The notes under the pieces: generated by a model | What the model was told of the DNA's origin: nothing | The model's input: only the letters and a program-made list of their open reading frames with translations | The model's database searches: none | Shown: one piece after another, positions 25,195-38,195 of the stretch | How positions within the stretch are numbered: the stretch's first letter is position 1 | How the letters are laid out: each line of letters begins with the position of its first letter | Source of the DNA: Octopus sinensis | Taxonomy: Eukaryota | Assembly (NCBI RefSeq): GCF_006345805.1 | Contig: NC_043004.1 | Span: 67,580,001-67,644,000 of the forward strand | DNA length: 64,000 nucleotides | Reading direction: 5' to 3' | Program-made: the position numbers and the translations under genes

Positions 25195-26095
25195 CTTTCG
25201 CGAGACAAAACCTGCCTCTCCATTCTCACCTTCCTTTTCATGCGGTACTTGAAAAAGTTGATGAGCGATTGGCCAGAGAGGTAAGTGTTTGTCTCTAATC
25301 CTTTCGTTCGTGTCCACCATACATATTCTGTAACCATGGCCACCAGTACGATGAAAACTGCCTTGCTTTCCCGGTTGAGGGAAGGAGGCGGAGCAATATC
25401 GTTGGTAGCCTCGGCCGACAGGCGGACTCGTCCCACACGTGACAGCAGCCGTTCGGCATAACCCATATGTCTGAAATGGTTGGACACTGCACAAGTGCGT
25501 GCAGAAAGGCTTCGTTTGATCCACGACTGTAGTTCGGCCAAGGAGACGAGTCGCAGGAAAGTGCGTCGCACAAAAGACCACCACACCTGTTCACCGTCGT
25601 CTATGAAGCGCCGGAGATGTCGCAGCCTCAGTGCATGTCTGCCCATCATCAACCACGGCATGCCTAGCCCTCCACTTAGCGGGTGTTTACAGTAAATGGA
25701 TCACCTAACCATCGGAACGCTTCCCTTCCACAGGAAGCGGAAGAGTATGCGTTCCAGTTTGGTGATGGTAGGGTCGGGACAAGGCACGACGGTTAGACGG
25801 TACTCGATAACGGATGCGATGTAAGCGTTCGTGAACTCCGCCCGACATTTTAGGGATAGCTTCCTCTCAGCCCATTGTCGGTATTTCGCCCCAGTTCTTC
25901 TCCATTTGGAGGTCCGGACCGAACCAGACTCCGATCAATTTAACCGGTCCGTTGGTCTATTGTACCACGATGGAGACGCTGTTGGACGCCGTGGGCTTGC
26001 TTCTCCAGGTACCGAGCCGCAAGTCCACTGACTTTTTCCGGTAAACATTTGCTCCCGTTACCGCTTCGTATTCTTTTAGTGTCTCGCCGACGGAC
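25195..26095 (-). mobile_element. Tx1/L1-clade LINE ORF2 remnant (end of RT to C-terminus, internally deleted)
   Basis: KEYEAVTGANVYRKKS, KLIGVWFG, LERILFRFLWKG, HPLSGGLGMPWL and HALVQCPTISDIW. Confidence 0.88.
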
Positions 26096-26149
26096 AGATA
26101 GATAGATACTGCGAGAGAGAGAGAGAGAGAGGTATATATATATATATAT

Positions 26150-26184
<35 letters not shown>

Positions 26185-26823
26185 ACATTTGTATAATTAG
26201 GGTGCAGCAAGTCAATAAGTATCTCTAAAAGTCCATTGCATTTTCAAACCATCTTTCATAAATATATATATATATATATATATATGACAAGAAAAAGGTA
26301 AAACACCCCTTTCTTTCCTTTCCTCGGCGTCTTCTTAATACTTTGCGTGTACCACATTTCTGTGTTGTTATTTTCTTGTTCTTTCTTCGTTTTTTTTTGG
26401 GGGGGGGGCGGGGATTAACTATTTACGGTACGCCCATACGGAAACCCGTCCTTACGACTGGCTCTGAAGTACCTAATTTACGGGATTCTTTCTACCATCG
26501 GATTACATTACCCTAACGCGGAATAGATGAAACATAGGCGCCTGAAGAAGGGGAACTTTCCTTGTATTGTATGTCTTGTACTCGATTTTTCGTTGTTTAA
26601 GAAAAATGTCCATTTCCTTGGTTTTGTGTTTATGTTTTCGTTTCTCATTGTGTTCGACGTTTTTTTTGGTGTCCTGTACCCATATATGCACGTATATATA
26701 CATATAGATGTAGGTACGTACATATATGTATGTATGTATATGTTTTATTTATTATTTTGTTATTATATGATAGAACGCAAGCATCCACTTCTAAGTAAGT
26801 TTTATCTTAATATATATATATAC

Positions 26824-26854
<31 letters not shown>

Positions 26855-26931
26855 TGTATGTATGTATGTATGTATGTATGTATGTATGCATGTGTGTATG
26901 TATGTATGTGTGCATGTGTGTGTGTGGTCTG

Positions 26932-27801
26932 TTAGGTTGCCAACTAAGTTCCCGCCGTTGTTTTAAATTAAATTTTTTTAAAGGTTTAATAGAAAATAAA
27001 AAATAATTAATCAATAATGCATTCATCTTTGTTGTTTACAACTTCTTCGCAACGTTCAAGAAGATTTTCAATACCTCGTTTGTGAAATTACCCGATTTTC
27101 CCTCGAAAAATTGATCCAACCAAGTTCTCAATTATGTATCAGTATTGGACGAAACTCTGCACATAGCATTTGAAAGAGATCGAAATAGGTGGAAATCCGT
27201 TGGGGCCAAATCAGCAGAGTATGGCAGGTGTGGCAGCACTTCCCAGCCATGCGTTTCAATGGTTTCCTTGGTCATATTGGCGATATGAGGGCGGGCATTG
27301 TCCTACAGCAGAAGAACTCCATGCTGCCGATTAGGTTTTTTCTCTTGAATAGCTGTGTTGAATCGTTCTGTCCGCGTTCACCGTTTGATTTCGTTCAAGC
27401 AATTCATAGTGGATAATCCCTTTCCACTCCTACCATACGCACAACATCGTTATACGCAGATGAAGATCTTGTGTCACTTGTTTACTGGGGCTAAGCCATT
27501 CCTTACGCTGCTTCATATTGATGTAAGGCACCACTTTTCTTCGCCAGTAATGACGTGGTAAAGAAATCGCTGCTTATCTCCATGAGTTGAGCGAAGACGA
27601 GGAAGCCAACTAGCGGATATTGTGGATCGTTGATTTTTTTTGTTGTCACTTAAAGCATGCGGAACCCATACACCATATTTCGGAACCTTTTCCATCGAGT
27701 GCAGAAGCCTTTCTGCAGCATTTTCTCTGCCAGTTCCCTTGTCTTTTGACGAGAAGTTTTGTGCAAAATTTGGTTTAATCCCAATACCTGTCTGTCTGTC
27801 T

Positions 27802-27859
<58 letters not shown>

Positions 27860-28157
27860 CTCTCATACCAAAAACGAGCGGTTCATTCAGCTATGACGCC
27901 CTCTCGGTACACAGCAAAAATATCTCGAGCAAAAAGCAAAAAGGAGGTGTCGAAAATGCTCGTTTTTCTTAACATAACATTCCATTTTAATGATCTGAAT
28001 ATAAACAATAATTAACCAAAATGAGCTATAAAAAAACAAAATAGTTTCCAAATGATTCAAAAATAGAATCCCCGAACAACATAGATTCCAAAATTTCAAA
28101 ACGCAATAAATTCCAAAATTAAAAATAAAACCCACGGGAACGTAGTTGCCAACCCAA
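26932..28157 (-). mobile_element. Mariner transposon, decayed, both TIRs, interrupted by a (CT)n tract
   Basis: TIRs TT(A/G)GGTTG(C/G)CAACTA(A/C)GTTCCCG at both ends; MECYVKKNEHFRHLL start, KYGVWVPHAL, ITGEEKW, and PYSADLAPTDFHLFRSL. Confidence 0.92.
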
Positions 28158-28910
28158 TATATATACATATATACGGAGAGAGAGAGGGGGGAGAGGGAGA
28201 GAGGGGGAGAGAGAGAGAGAGAGAGGGAGACAGAGACAGACTGACAGAGAGACAGAGAAATATTCTGATGGCTTTGATTAGATTTTATCTCCTTGTCAGA
28301 ATCAATCCAGGTACATGAGATGTCTTCAATAAATTTTAGGAGCCAAATATAATTTGCAAAATTTACATTGTCCAACATTGTAACACTTAAATTGATAAAC
28401 AGAAAAATATAGTTTACTATGCCGTCGGTCACGCTGGCCGTCGATCTACATAACGCAGCCATTCATAAAGAATATATTACGCGACAAAAACGTATATAGA
28501 CATCGAAATAATAGTCTGTAGGACAATTGTAATATATTGAGTAGCCATAAAACTGCATATACATAGAGAAGGCAGCCGACAAAATATCTACTAAGTTTTT
28601 TAGTAATAAATTTTCCTGCAGACAACGCGATAAAACCATTTCCTAATTGACGAAACATAACTGATGACAATAGACTGGAAATATCACATAATAAAGAAAG
28701 CGGAAATTGCTAAAACACGTCGGTATAAATTCATTGCAAAATCACTAAAATCATTTGATCTACAAGATACATCTAAGACCTCTTTTATTTACATATAGGA
28801 CATTTATTGTTTCAATGAGAATATCTAATATGGATATATGAGAGATCCTCAATAAAAATGTTATGCGGTTTCTATATGGTAAAATATAAATTTATTGATA
28901 TGCACTTAAG

Positions 28911-28950
<40 letters not shown>

Positions 28951-30300
28951 GAGAGAGGGAGAGAAAGAGATAAACAGACAGAAAAAAATAGACAGATAAA
29001 TATATAGATATATTTATATGCGTTTGTGTCTGTTTCTGTGTCTGTATGTACGTGCGTGTACGTACGCGTATGTATGTGTGTGTAGGTATGTATATGTGTG
29101 TATAATTATATATGTATATATACACACACATATATCTTCTTACATACATATAATGTCCATATATATTTGTGCATATATATACGCACATATATACTTATGC
29201 ATATATATACGCATATAGATATAACTACATTTACGATATTATATACGCATATGTATATGTAAATCTAATGTTATATATATATATATGTATATACATATAT
29301 ACATACATATATATATATATACACATATATATATATATATATATTTATATATCTATATATGTATGTACCCATGTATGCGTGCATATAAATTTGTGTTTAT
29401 ATGTGTATATGCATAAAGTTGTATATGTAATCAAGTATATGTTTAATATGCAATGATCCTACGTTGTAGATGCTGATATAATCCAAGTCTTCATGAAGCA
29501 TTACACCATGTTATAAAAATAAATATCAGACTACAATAATCAATGTGTTTCTCTTACTAATATTTCCTCTTATATATAAAAGTAATTCGTCCATTGACAA
29601 TCTAAGTAAAGAGACCCTACTCAGTTTTTCACATTACTAGAAAGAGTAACCAAATCGCCTTTTTTATATTTTCAGCCTCTGTTCGTTAGTATGACTGGAT
29701 ATATTGTTTAATTGCTAGGAAATATAAGGATATTTGTCTCTCGGTTACACTACTATGATTCGAAACTCTAAAATACATAATGTACCCTGACGCATTTGAA
29801 ACGAAAGAATGTATGATTCTGAGTAGATTTTGACGCTGAAATTGCGCAAGAATTCAGGTAATTTACTCAATAGTCCTTCCGAAAATCAAACAGAGATACA
29901 GCATCGAATCACATCAAAAATTTCATTTCCTGCTGCCAATGTAAGAATTAAGATGACATTTTACTGAACACTAAATTTAGTTTAACCCTGAAAATAAAAT
30001 GAGAGGGTGAAAAATGTAATTCTAGATACATTATGAATAATATATACATTTATAATGTGACTAAGATGGTTTATACTAGACTGTAGCTAAGAATAAGCGG
30101 ATGTATAGTTGTGTGTATCAGGATGTCCATTTGCAACTATGTGGTATGTGTTTTAGTCTTACCTCGCGGCGACATGGGCATGTGCCTTCTGCGCCGATTC
30201 GACTAATGCGTCATGAATGAATTTGGTAGCGAAAAATATGTGTGCGTGTGTGTGTTTATATGCATACTCTTTTACTTGTTTAAGTCATTTCGCATATTCT

Positions 30301-30593
30301 TTGTAAGCCTAGTACTTATTCTAGCGCTATGTTACGGGAACTTAAGCACACCATCATCGGTTGTCAAGCGATGTTGTGGGGACAAACACAGAAACACAAA
30401 CATACACACATATATGTATATACATATACACATATACGACGGGCTTGTTTCAATTTCCATCTCCCAAATTCACTCACCAGGCTTTGGTCACCCTGAGGCT
30501 ATAGTAGAAGACACTTGCCCAAAGTGCCACGCAGTGGGACTGAACCCGGAACCATGTGGTTGGTAAGCAAGCTACTTACCACACAACCACTTC
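30301..30593 (-). mobile_element. SINE family A (head, internal microsatellite, partial tail)
   Basis: Close match to 50450-50860. Confidence 0.9.
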
Positions 30594-30647
30594 TGGATAT
30601 ATATACATATATATATATGTGTGTGTGTGTGTATTTGTGTGTCGATA

Positions 30648-30747
<100 letters not shown>

Positions 30748-31537
30748 GCGTGTGTCAGTTTGTGTGCCTGATATATGAACGTGCGCAGTCATATGTCTAC
30801 GAGTAACAAATTGGGTTTAGTTTATGCATTTGTGTGTGTATGTGTATATTTTGTGAGGAAACGTCGTGTCTAATTTTATTAAAGAATTCGACATATAAAT
30901 CGTTGATAACATAACAATGATTATCCTTCAGAAAAACCTCCTAATACCCAGTTTATCTTATTTGGTATTTTTCCTAATACAATTACAATACAAAAATCTT
31001 AAGACTCAAGTTTATAAAACAAACATTAAAATAAGATACAAAAATATAATCAACAATTGTCTTAGTTTGACGATTTCTATTGATTAAAAAATAAACAAAG
31101 AAGCAAATAGCGGATAAGTGGATTAGTTCGCGATATTGATCTTGCTAACTTGTATACGGATTATATGACGTGAAACTATAGATTAAAGATACGATAAGTA
31201 TGTTTGTTTCTGAAATTGCCTTAATATTTTTTTTTTACCCGTTTGAAAATTAATGTATATTTTCTTCAGTAAATAGACAACGATGTACGTGAATACCTCG
31301 CCACACGTATTCATACTTCCTCACAATTGAATATGTCATCTCATTCAATTACGAATGACATATATTCTTAGTATTTTATTTTACTCAATAAGGTCGTTGA
31401 TACAAGTGCATTTTGACCAAACGGTTAAGAAGCTTGATTTAGCACCATGAGATCAATGACCCGACATCATTACGTAAAAATCTTGGGAAAATATCCTTTT
31501 CTGTCATATTTCCCCATATATATATATATATATATAT

Positions 31538-32254
31538 GGCAATGAAATGTAGACGACTGGCCGGATGGATTCTTAGAACCTTTAGAACAAGAGAACTAGA
31601 AACCATGATGGTCCTCTGGAGGACACTTGTCCTAAGCCACTTTGACTATTGCTCTCAGCTATGGTCACCATCCAGTGTCAAGTTGATCACAGAACTTGAG
31701 CCGATCCAACGTAGCTACACGAAGAAGATAGCCTCTGTGCAGAATAAAAGCTACTGGGAAAGACTCAAGAGATTAAAACTGTATTCCTTGGAGCGTAGGC
31801 GAGAAAGATATGCCATAATATACATCTGGAAGATCCTGGAAGGACTTGTTCCAAACTTTGGCATCGAGAGTTACACAAATGCCAGAACTGGGCGCCACTG
31901 CGTGGTGCCAAGGAATCCAAATTTGCCATCAAGATGTAGGACAAGATACTGTGATAGCCTGGGCTTCCGAGGCCCACAGCTCTTCAATATCCTCCCGAAG
32001 AACCTAAGAGACCTGCATAGGGTGGATGCAGATGTCTTTAAAATGAAATTGGATCTCTTCTTGTCAGGTATCCCAGATGAACCAACTTCACGACAGGAGG
32101 TGCAGATGATGGCAGCTGCATCGAACTTTCTCATGCACCAAATGGCAGTTGCTATAAAGCATTCGTGAAGTAAAACCATGTAGCAACACCAAATGGTGGT
32201 GCCCCAGCATGGCCACAGCTCGTGAGCTGAAACTAGAATCAATCAATCAATCAA
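31538..32254 (+). mobile_element. CR1/L2-type LINE, 5'-truncated, intact ORF2 C-terminus, (CAAT)n tail
   Basis: Uninterrupted 210-codon frame with LWRTLVLSHFDYCSQLWSP, LKLYSLERRRERY and GPQLFNILP; 3' UTR stem-loop and CAAT repeats at 32240-32254. Confidence 0.92.
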
Positions 32255-32261
32255 TATATAA

Positions 32262-32470
32262 AGTTAATCCAAACATGAAAACACATGGGGAAAACACAAC
32301 AACACGAAGACGTGGAACAAATATAGTATTATTGGACGCTCTGGAAAGAAGGAAAGAAGGAGGGTTTACCGTTTCGAGTGGAACTCTTCGTCAGAAACAG
32401 AGGAAAAGGAAAGATCCAAAGAAGGGAAGACGGAGGAAAAAAATCCCCAACGGTACACACCCGGTCACAT
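32262..32470 (-). mobile_element. Solo PLE-terminal fragment carrying a minimal HHR (32364-32398)
   Basis: Same layout as the pLTR end at 12925-13150. GTTT-CTGACGA-A-GAG(TTCCA)CTC-GAAAC-GGT-AAAC has a canonical core, but its cleavage-site register is ambiguous. Confidence 0.65.
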
Positions 32471-32521
32471 TTTGAATATATTATATATATGTGTGTGTGT
32501 ATGTATATATAAATGTATATA

Positions 32522-32583
<62 letters not shown>

Positions 32584-32682
32584 ATATATATATGTGTATA
32601 TATATATGTATATATAAGAGTATTATGTGGTATGATATAGAGATAATATATATAGATATATATATATATATGTATATATATA

Positions 32683-32738
<56 letters not shown>

Positions 32739-32754
32739 ATATATGTAAAAGTAA

Positions 32755-33110
32755 AAAAATATACAAACTGGGACAAGAACGTGAAACATTTAGGAGACGA
32801 CACAAAAAACACGGACGGGACATTCGAAGCCTTCAATCTTCAGTCAAGAACCGGATCATCTTCGCAATTTCGGCTGATTAATCTTGAGATTGCTCCGACC
32901 TGGGCAGCCCCAAAGGAAAATCTAAGCCAAGCGCATTAGATTCCTTGGAAGAAAGCCTCGAATGTATACAAAACAAGGACGGAAAACGGACGATGTTACA
33001 CGAATAAAAATACTCAAATACGTAAAAACAATAATGATAGCACGAATAAGAATACAAAAATACGTAAAAACAATAATGATAAGAATAACAACAAGACCAG
33101 GACGTCAAGG
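32755..33110. repeat. Unclassified interspersed-repeat-like segment
   Basis: GC-richer block between microsatellites with an internal tandem duplication (aaatacgtaaaaacaataatgata x2). Confidence 0.4.
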
Positions 33111-33186
33111 ACATGTATGTATATATATATATACATAGGAATGACATTTTAGTCAATACTATAGGACATTTCCTGTTTTTTCTTAC

Positions 33187-33251
33187 CTATAAATAATCCA
33201 GGATGCATCCTCATGATTGCGCGATCTCAAATACATCAGCAGCATCGGCGT
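33187..33251 (-). CDS. Candidate 65-nt exon with strong splice sites
   Basis: Acceptor tttgtttccccttttgtctag|, donor TAG|gtaaga. Frame 0 is open (TPMLLMYLRSRNHEDASWIIY); an alternative internal ATG gives MRMHPGLFI. It could be a UTR or lncRNA exon. Confidence 0.45.
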
Positions 33252-33467
33252 CTAGACAAAAGGGGAAACAAACTTGTCATTCTTTAAATGTATTTCTGAC
33301 TATCCTGTCTATTGCCTGAAGTGAAAACCAGATATATATCACCTCTTGACCTTTCATACGTACTTATAATGAATAGTGAATGATTATGTATCCCCTGATC
33401 CAGCAATTGTTATTCAGTATGCTATCGTGTTTCGATTGGTGTCAGAAGTTCGGTATGTCAATTTAAA

Positions 33468-33493
33468 ATATACGTTTGCATATTTATATGTAA

Positions 33494-33524
<31 letters not shown>

Positions 33525-33550
33525 TTACATATAAAAATGCAAACGTATAT
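33468..33550. repeat. Inverted repeat (30-bp arms, 1 mismatch) around a (TA)n tract
   Basis: atatacgtttgcatatttatatgtaaatat versus atatttacatataaaaatgcaaacgtatat. Confidence 0.9.
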
Positions 33551-33738
33551 ATATATATATATACATCCACAAAGAAATCGAGACTCACATATATATACAC
33601 ACATACATAACTATATGTATATGTATGCATATGTTTATATACCAAAATAATATATATACATATATATACTTATAAATAGATAGGTATATATGTGTAGATG
33701 TATTTATACACGTCCGTACATATATAGACACAGAAATA

Positions 33739-33819
<81 letters not shown>

Positions 33820-35140
33820 TAGATACAGACATACATATGCATATATACGGACAGCCATACTTATATATAACATATATTTATGCTAACACTCATACGCCCA
33901 AACTGTCATATATGCGGATAGGTAGCCAGGCAGCCACGCAGACATGTATCTGTGCAAGCGTGTATGCTTTTATGTCTGTAGTGATAAATATCTATATATA
34001 TTTTGTAGTTTGTATTTGAGACCTCTTGAACTTCTGTATTTTCGAATCTGTATTATTAGTCACCATGGGGTGAAAAGTTCAAATATTTGGAAATTATGTA
34101 TTCTCATGATACAAAGAAGATCATACATTGAAAAGGAAATGACAGAATGCATATTGACCGTAAAAATGGAAAAGTATTATTAAATTTGAATTATACATAT
34201 ATATTCTATTCACACTTCTGTACTTCTTTTCATCCTCAACGTTTTTTCTCATTCTTTATATACACGTACAAATTTCTGAAGAGTAACTGAAAATCGAAAC
34301 GTCAGATCCAATTTCACCATCATATATTATTTTACATCAAACTAAAATTTCGAACTTGATTTTACTATTTTTGTTTCATAATTTCGAGACCACACCCATA
34401 TATGTTTGCGCGCTCGTAGAGTTTCTATGCATATATATTTTTATATATGTTCTTATGTACATAATATATGCACATTATAACCTTTAGCCTTTACCTCAAA
34501 TCGTGACATCAAATTTAATAGAATCCATTTAATGATAAAAGAAGTAATAAAAAGCGAGACCAATGCGTTAATATAATTCTGATGACTTACTTCAACTTAG
34601 TATCAAATGACCAGGAGGTATCATAATCTCATTTTACTAGCTTAGGTTTTTAGGACCCACAACTATCAAACATTCTGCGTAGCAACCTCAGAGATATACA
34701 AATTGTAGATATCGCAGTCTTCAAAGGACGTCTGCACAAGTTTCTATTTGAGACACAAGATAAACCTACATCGCTACTTCACCAGAATCAATGCTGAAAA
34801 AAAAAAGTGAATCTACTAAAAGTGGTTGCTCCAGCATGGCCTCAGCCTATGGCTGACATACCTATTTGTAGCTGTATGTCTACGCGTGTGTAATTTTCCT
34901 TTTGTTATTCCTCCTTTTTTTTTCATTCCAGGAGGATTATATCCTAAACTACATTGCCCAAGTTTGGCAGTACTTTCGTGGTTGCACCCAAAACTTCAGT
35001 CGTGCAACTTTTCACGTATGATAGTATTTGCTGTGTTTACTGTTCCTCTTTAGTTGTCTCAGTTGTAACATCTCTGTATATACGACGCGCGCTCCCCTGC
35101 ATGTGTGTGTATGTGTGTGTGTGCGTGTGTGTGCGTGCGA

Positions 35141-35171
<31 letters not shown>

Positions 35172-35229
35172 TGTGTATGTGTGTAAGCATTCATCTGTCG
35201 CCTTCGATCGCGGATGCTATCGGATACCA

Positions 35230-35270
<41 letters not shown>

Positions 35271-35276
35271 GATATA

Positions 35277-35325
35277 TTGTTAGAAACTCTGAAAATGAGG
35301 TCTGATGTGAGCGTTTAGGGTGCTA

Positions 35326-35381
<56 letters not shown>

Positions 35382-35430
35382 TAGCCCCCTAAACGCTCAC
35401 ATCAGACCTCATTTTCAGAGTTTCAAACAA
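35277..35430. repeat. 154-bp palindrome: 50-bp arms (48/50) around (TA)n
   Basis: 35277-35326 is the reverse complement of 35381-35430 with 2 mismatches. Confidence 0.95.
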
Positions 35431-35673
35431 TGTTTCACTGTAGATTATATATAAGGAAGAGGAGCCTTAATAGATATTCCACCCGCATTGGAGTCACACC
35501 AGAGTTGCCTACATCACTCGACAGGCCAAGGAAAGAAGCAGCCAATAACGTCTCTTCTGTGTTAGTTGATTTATTACAAAAAACGCCTATATTTCGCTGC
35601 TGAAGGCAAGGTTTCATAGTCTATGTGTCATCAACGATTCTCCATCTAGTTAATATTTTCAATGCAGATTGCA

Positions 35674-35899
35674 CAAGGGCGTGCTGAAAAGTACCTAACT
35701 TAGGGTAACAGGAAATACAACAGGATGAGTTAATTATGATCGTATTCAACATATTCCCCTCTGAAATTCACGCACTTCGTGTAGCGGTTCTTGAGCGTCT
35801 CTAAACACAGAAAAAAGACATCAGAATTTAGGACCCCGCACCTCAATCAAGCCTTTCGCGATACCCTTTAAGCCAGGACAAATTTTCAGCACTCCTTTG
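35674..35899. mobile_element. Mariner-type MITE
   Basis: Imperfect TIRs caagggcgtgctgaaaag and aattttcagcactcctttg followed by TA; non-coding. A similar lone TIR lies at ~9545-9580. Confidence 0.7.
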
Positions 35900-36446
35900 T
35901 AGATGACTACCTCGTAAAATTACCTTTCTAGATTTAATGTGAATGAAACAAATTAGCAGATTTAAAGGAGGGAAATTATATCTAATTCAGATACACACCA
36001 GTGCAGTGAATCTGTTTGTGTTAATTTGGGTTTTATAATTTTGCTTGCATGTTAGTTTTTATACTCATTATTTCCCTCGTAGTTATAATGATGTCTTAGT
36101 ATTGGTGCGAGGGTTAAACTGCCATTTTGTTTAGACTTTCGATATCTTCTTGGGTTTCAATATCTGAATTATTCAGTTACTTATCGGGGTATTGCCAAGA
36201 CACAAGGTGTATCTTTTCGTTTGCTTTGTGAGTTGTTTTAACTCGGAGTTGATTTCCTCTCCTCTTTGTGTTTATATATATATATATATATATATATTAG
36301 TTCTGAATTTATTCGATTAAATATTCTTCAAGGCGGTACCCTAGCATGGCTGCAGTCTAATGACTGATACAAATAAAAGATAAAAAGACATGGATATGTT
36401 TGTCTCTTCTGTATGTAGCTATATACAATACAAACATTAATAACTT

Positions 36447-36479
<33 letters not shown>

Positions 36480-38120
36480 TCCTATGTGCAAACATTCATG
36501 CACTCGTACACATGACATATATGAAGAGGTATTTATGTGTATTTCTGTATCAATAAGCTTTCAAGTATTTTTTTCCGAAAGTGGTTCAAATAGAAGGTGC
36601 AGCATGAATTGAAGAGCGAAAATTAACAAACATTATGCTCACGACTTGGAAGCCATTTTTTTATGTGCCTGCTTCATCATATTTAGTATGGGAGCTAAAC
36701 AATAACAATAACAACAACAATAACAGTTACCATCACCCCCCACACTAACACCAATACAAACGCAGCCACTACCGAATATAAATGTATACAAACTGTTAAG
36801 CTGCTGATACAATTTCTATTTAGAAATCAGTCTGATCTTATTTCACACGTCCATATATTTAATTCCATACGCTGCAATAATGAGGCATTATGTAGTGTGA
36901 ATTAGCTTACCTCAATATTACATTTCATAGGAATAAGCGTTTCTGAAATTTAATAACACGCTGCCCAGAAGTATGAATAACGAACATAATAAATGTTGAA
37001 TTTAGTAAAAATATGAAAAATTATAAAATCAAAAAAATAGAGGATATACGTGATATATCATGGTGAGTTTATAGTAGCTTCTATGAATATAAGTTGCTAT
37101 ATAATTACAATAATACATTAGGGTTGTTTTCTATATTTATTTATTTTCTCTTAATGAACACGTCTAGACAACGCCCGGAACGTAAAAATATACTAATTAT
37201 ATATTTAAAGGGAAAGAATAATAATCCTGTTTCCAAATATTTCATATTGAAAGACAGATACAAACACACACACACACACACATTCACACACTTACACACA
37301 AACTCTCTCTCTCTAACTCTCTCACACATACATCTTTATATCTCAAAGTGTATGTAAATATATGTGTGAGTGTGTGTATCTGCGTATGTATACGTATACA
37401 AATGTGTATATATGTAAGTATATATGAACAATATGAGTGATATATGTATGTGTGTGTGTGTGTGTTTGTGTGTGCATATTTGTACCATTGTTTCATGATT
37501 GTGTATGTATATAAGCCTATATTTAGATACGCACACAGACGTATATTCCAATATTTTAAAGTTTCTTTATACATTAGGTTTTTTTATGTGCTGGCCCATA
37601 TATATGTGTGTATGTGTGTGTGTGTGCGTATGTGTGTGTGTTTGTGAGTGCATCTGAGTGTGTTTGTGTGTGTATGTGTTGGTCTATACATACATACATG
37701 ATGTCTGTCCACTCGTGAACGACAAAGATCATCAGTTATCGTACCCCATGCATAATTCCAGCAATGCTCGTGCAGGGGGTTATCGCATCCGAGGTCGGCT
37801 TCCCGCGGATCAGGCTCGCAGCTTTCATTTTATGTAGTAACACGTCCGAAAGCCGCTCCAGTCTATGGACATGATCCAGAGACTCGCTGGAGCAAGATAT
37901 CAGGTACCAATACGAAGCAACGCTTGAGAAATATGTGAGCGCCATGATTTTAAATGCAAGCAAAAGATCACCAAACCACCGAACAACGGACAGCAGTCAA
38001 TAATTTCTGAGGGACTGTGTTATTGCAAGATAGTCCTTAAACTGAAACTAGGTTCATCCATCCCTCTGACTGGTTTTGATTTGAGTCCTTTAAGCTTTTT
38101 AGCAAACGTCTCAGGCAAGT

Positions 38121-38195
38121 CTAATGGGACTGTTAATTTAGTCGCTGACGATCCGATAATACCACAAGGTGAAACTACACATGTAGTACCATTAG
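38121..38195 (+). ncRNA. Hammerhead-like motif with an extra hairpin
   Basis: CTAATGG ... CTGACGA ... GAA-ACTAC(ACAT)GTAGT-A-CCATTAG: 5-bp stem III, GUA triplet and 7-bp stem I; stem II is weak. Confidence 0.45.

Noticed and set aside
32815-32850. Minus-strand CTGAAGA...CGAATGTC hammerhead-like motif
   Set aside because: Lacks GAAA(C) and a valid stem II.
37736-37990. GC-rich minus ORF (75 aa)
   Set aside because: Probably a TE fragment, but no motif could be assigned.
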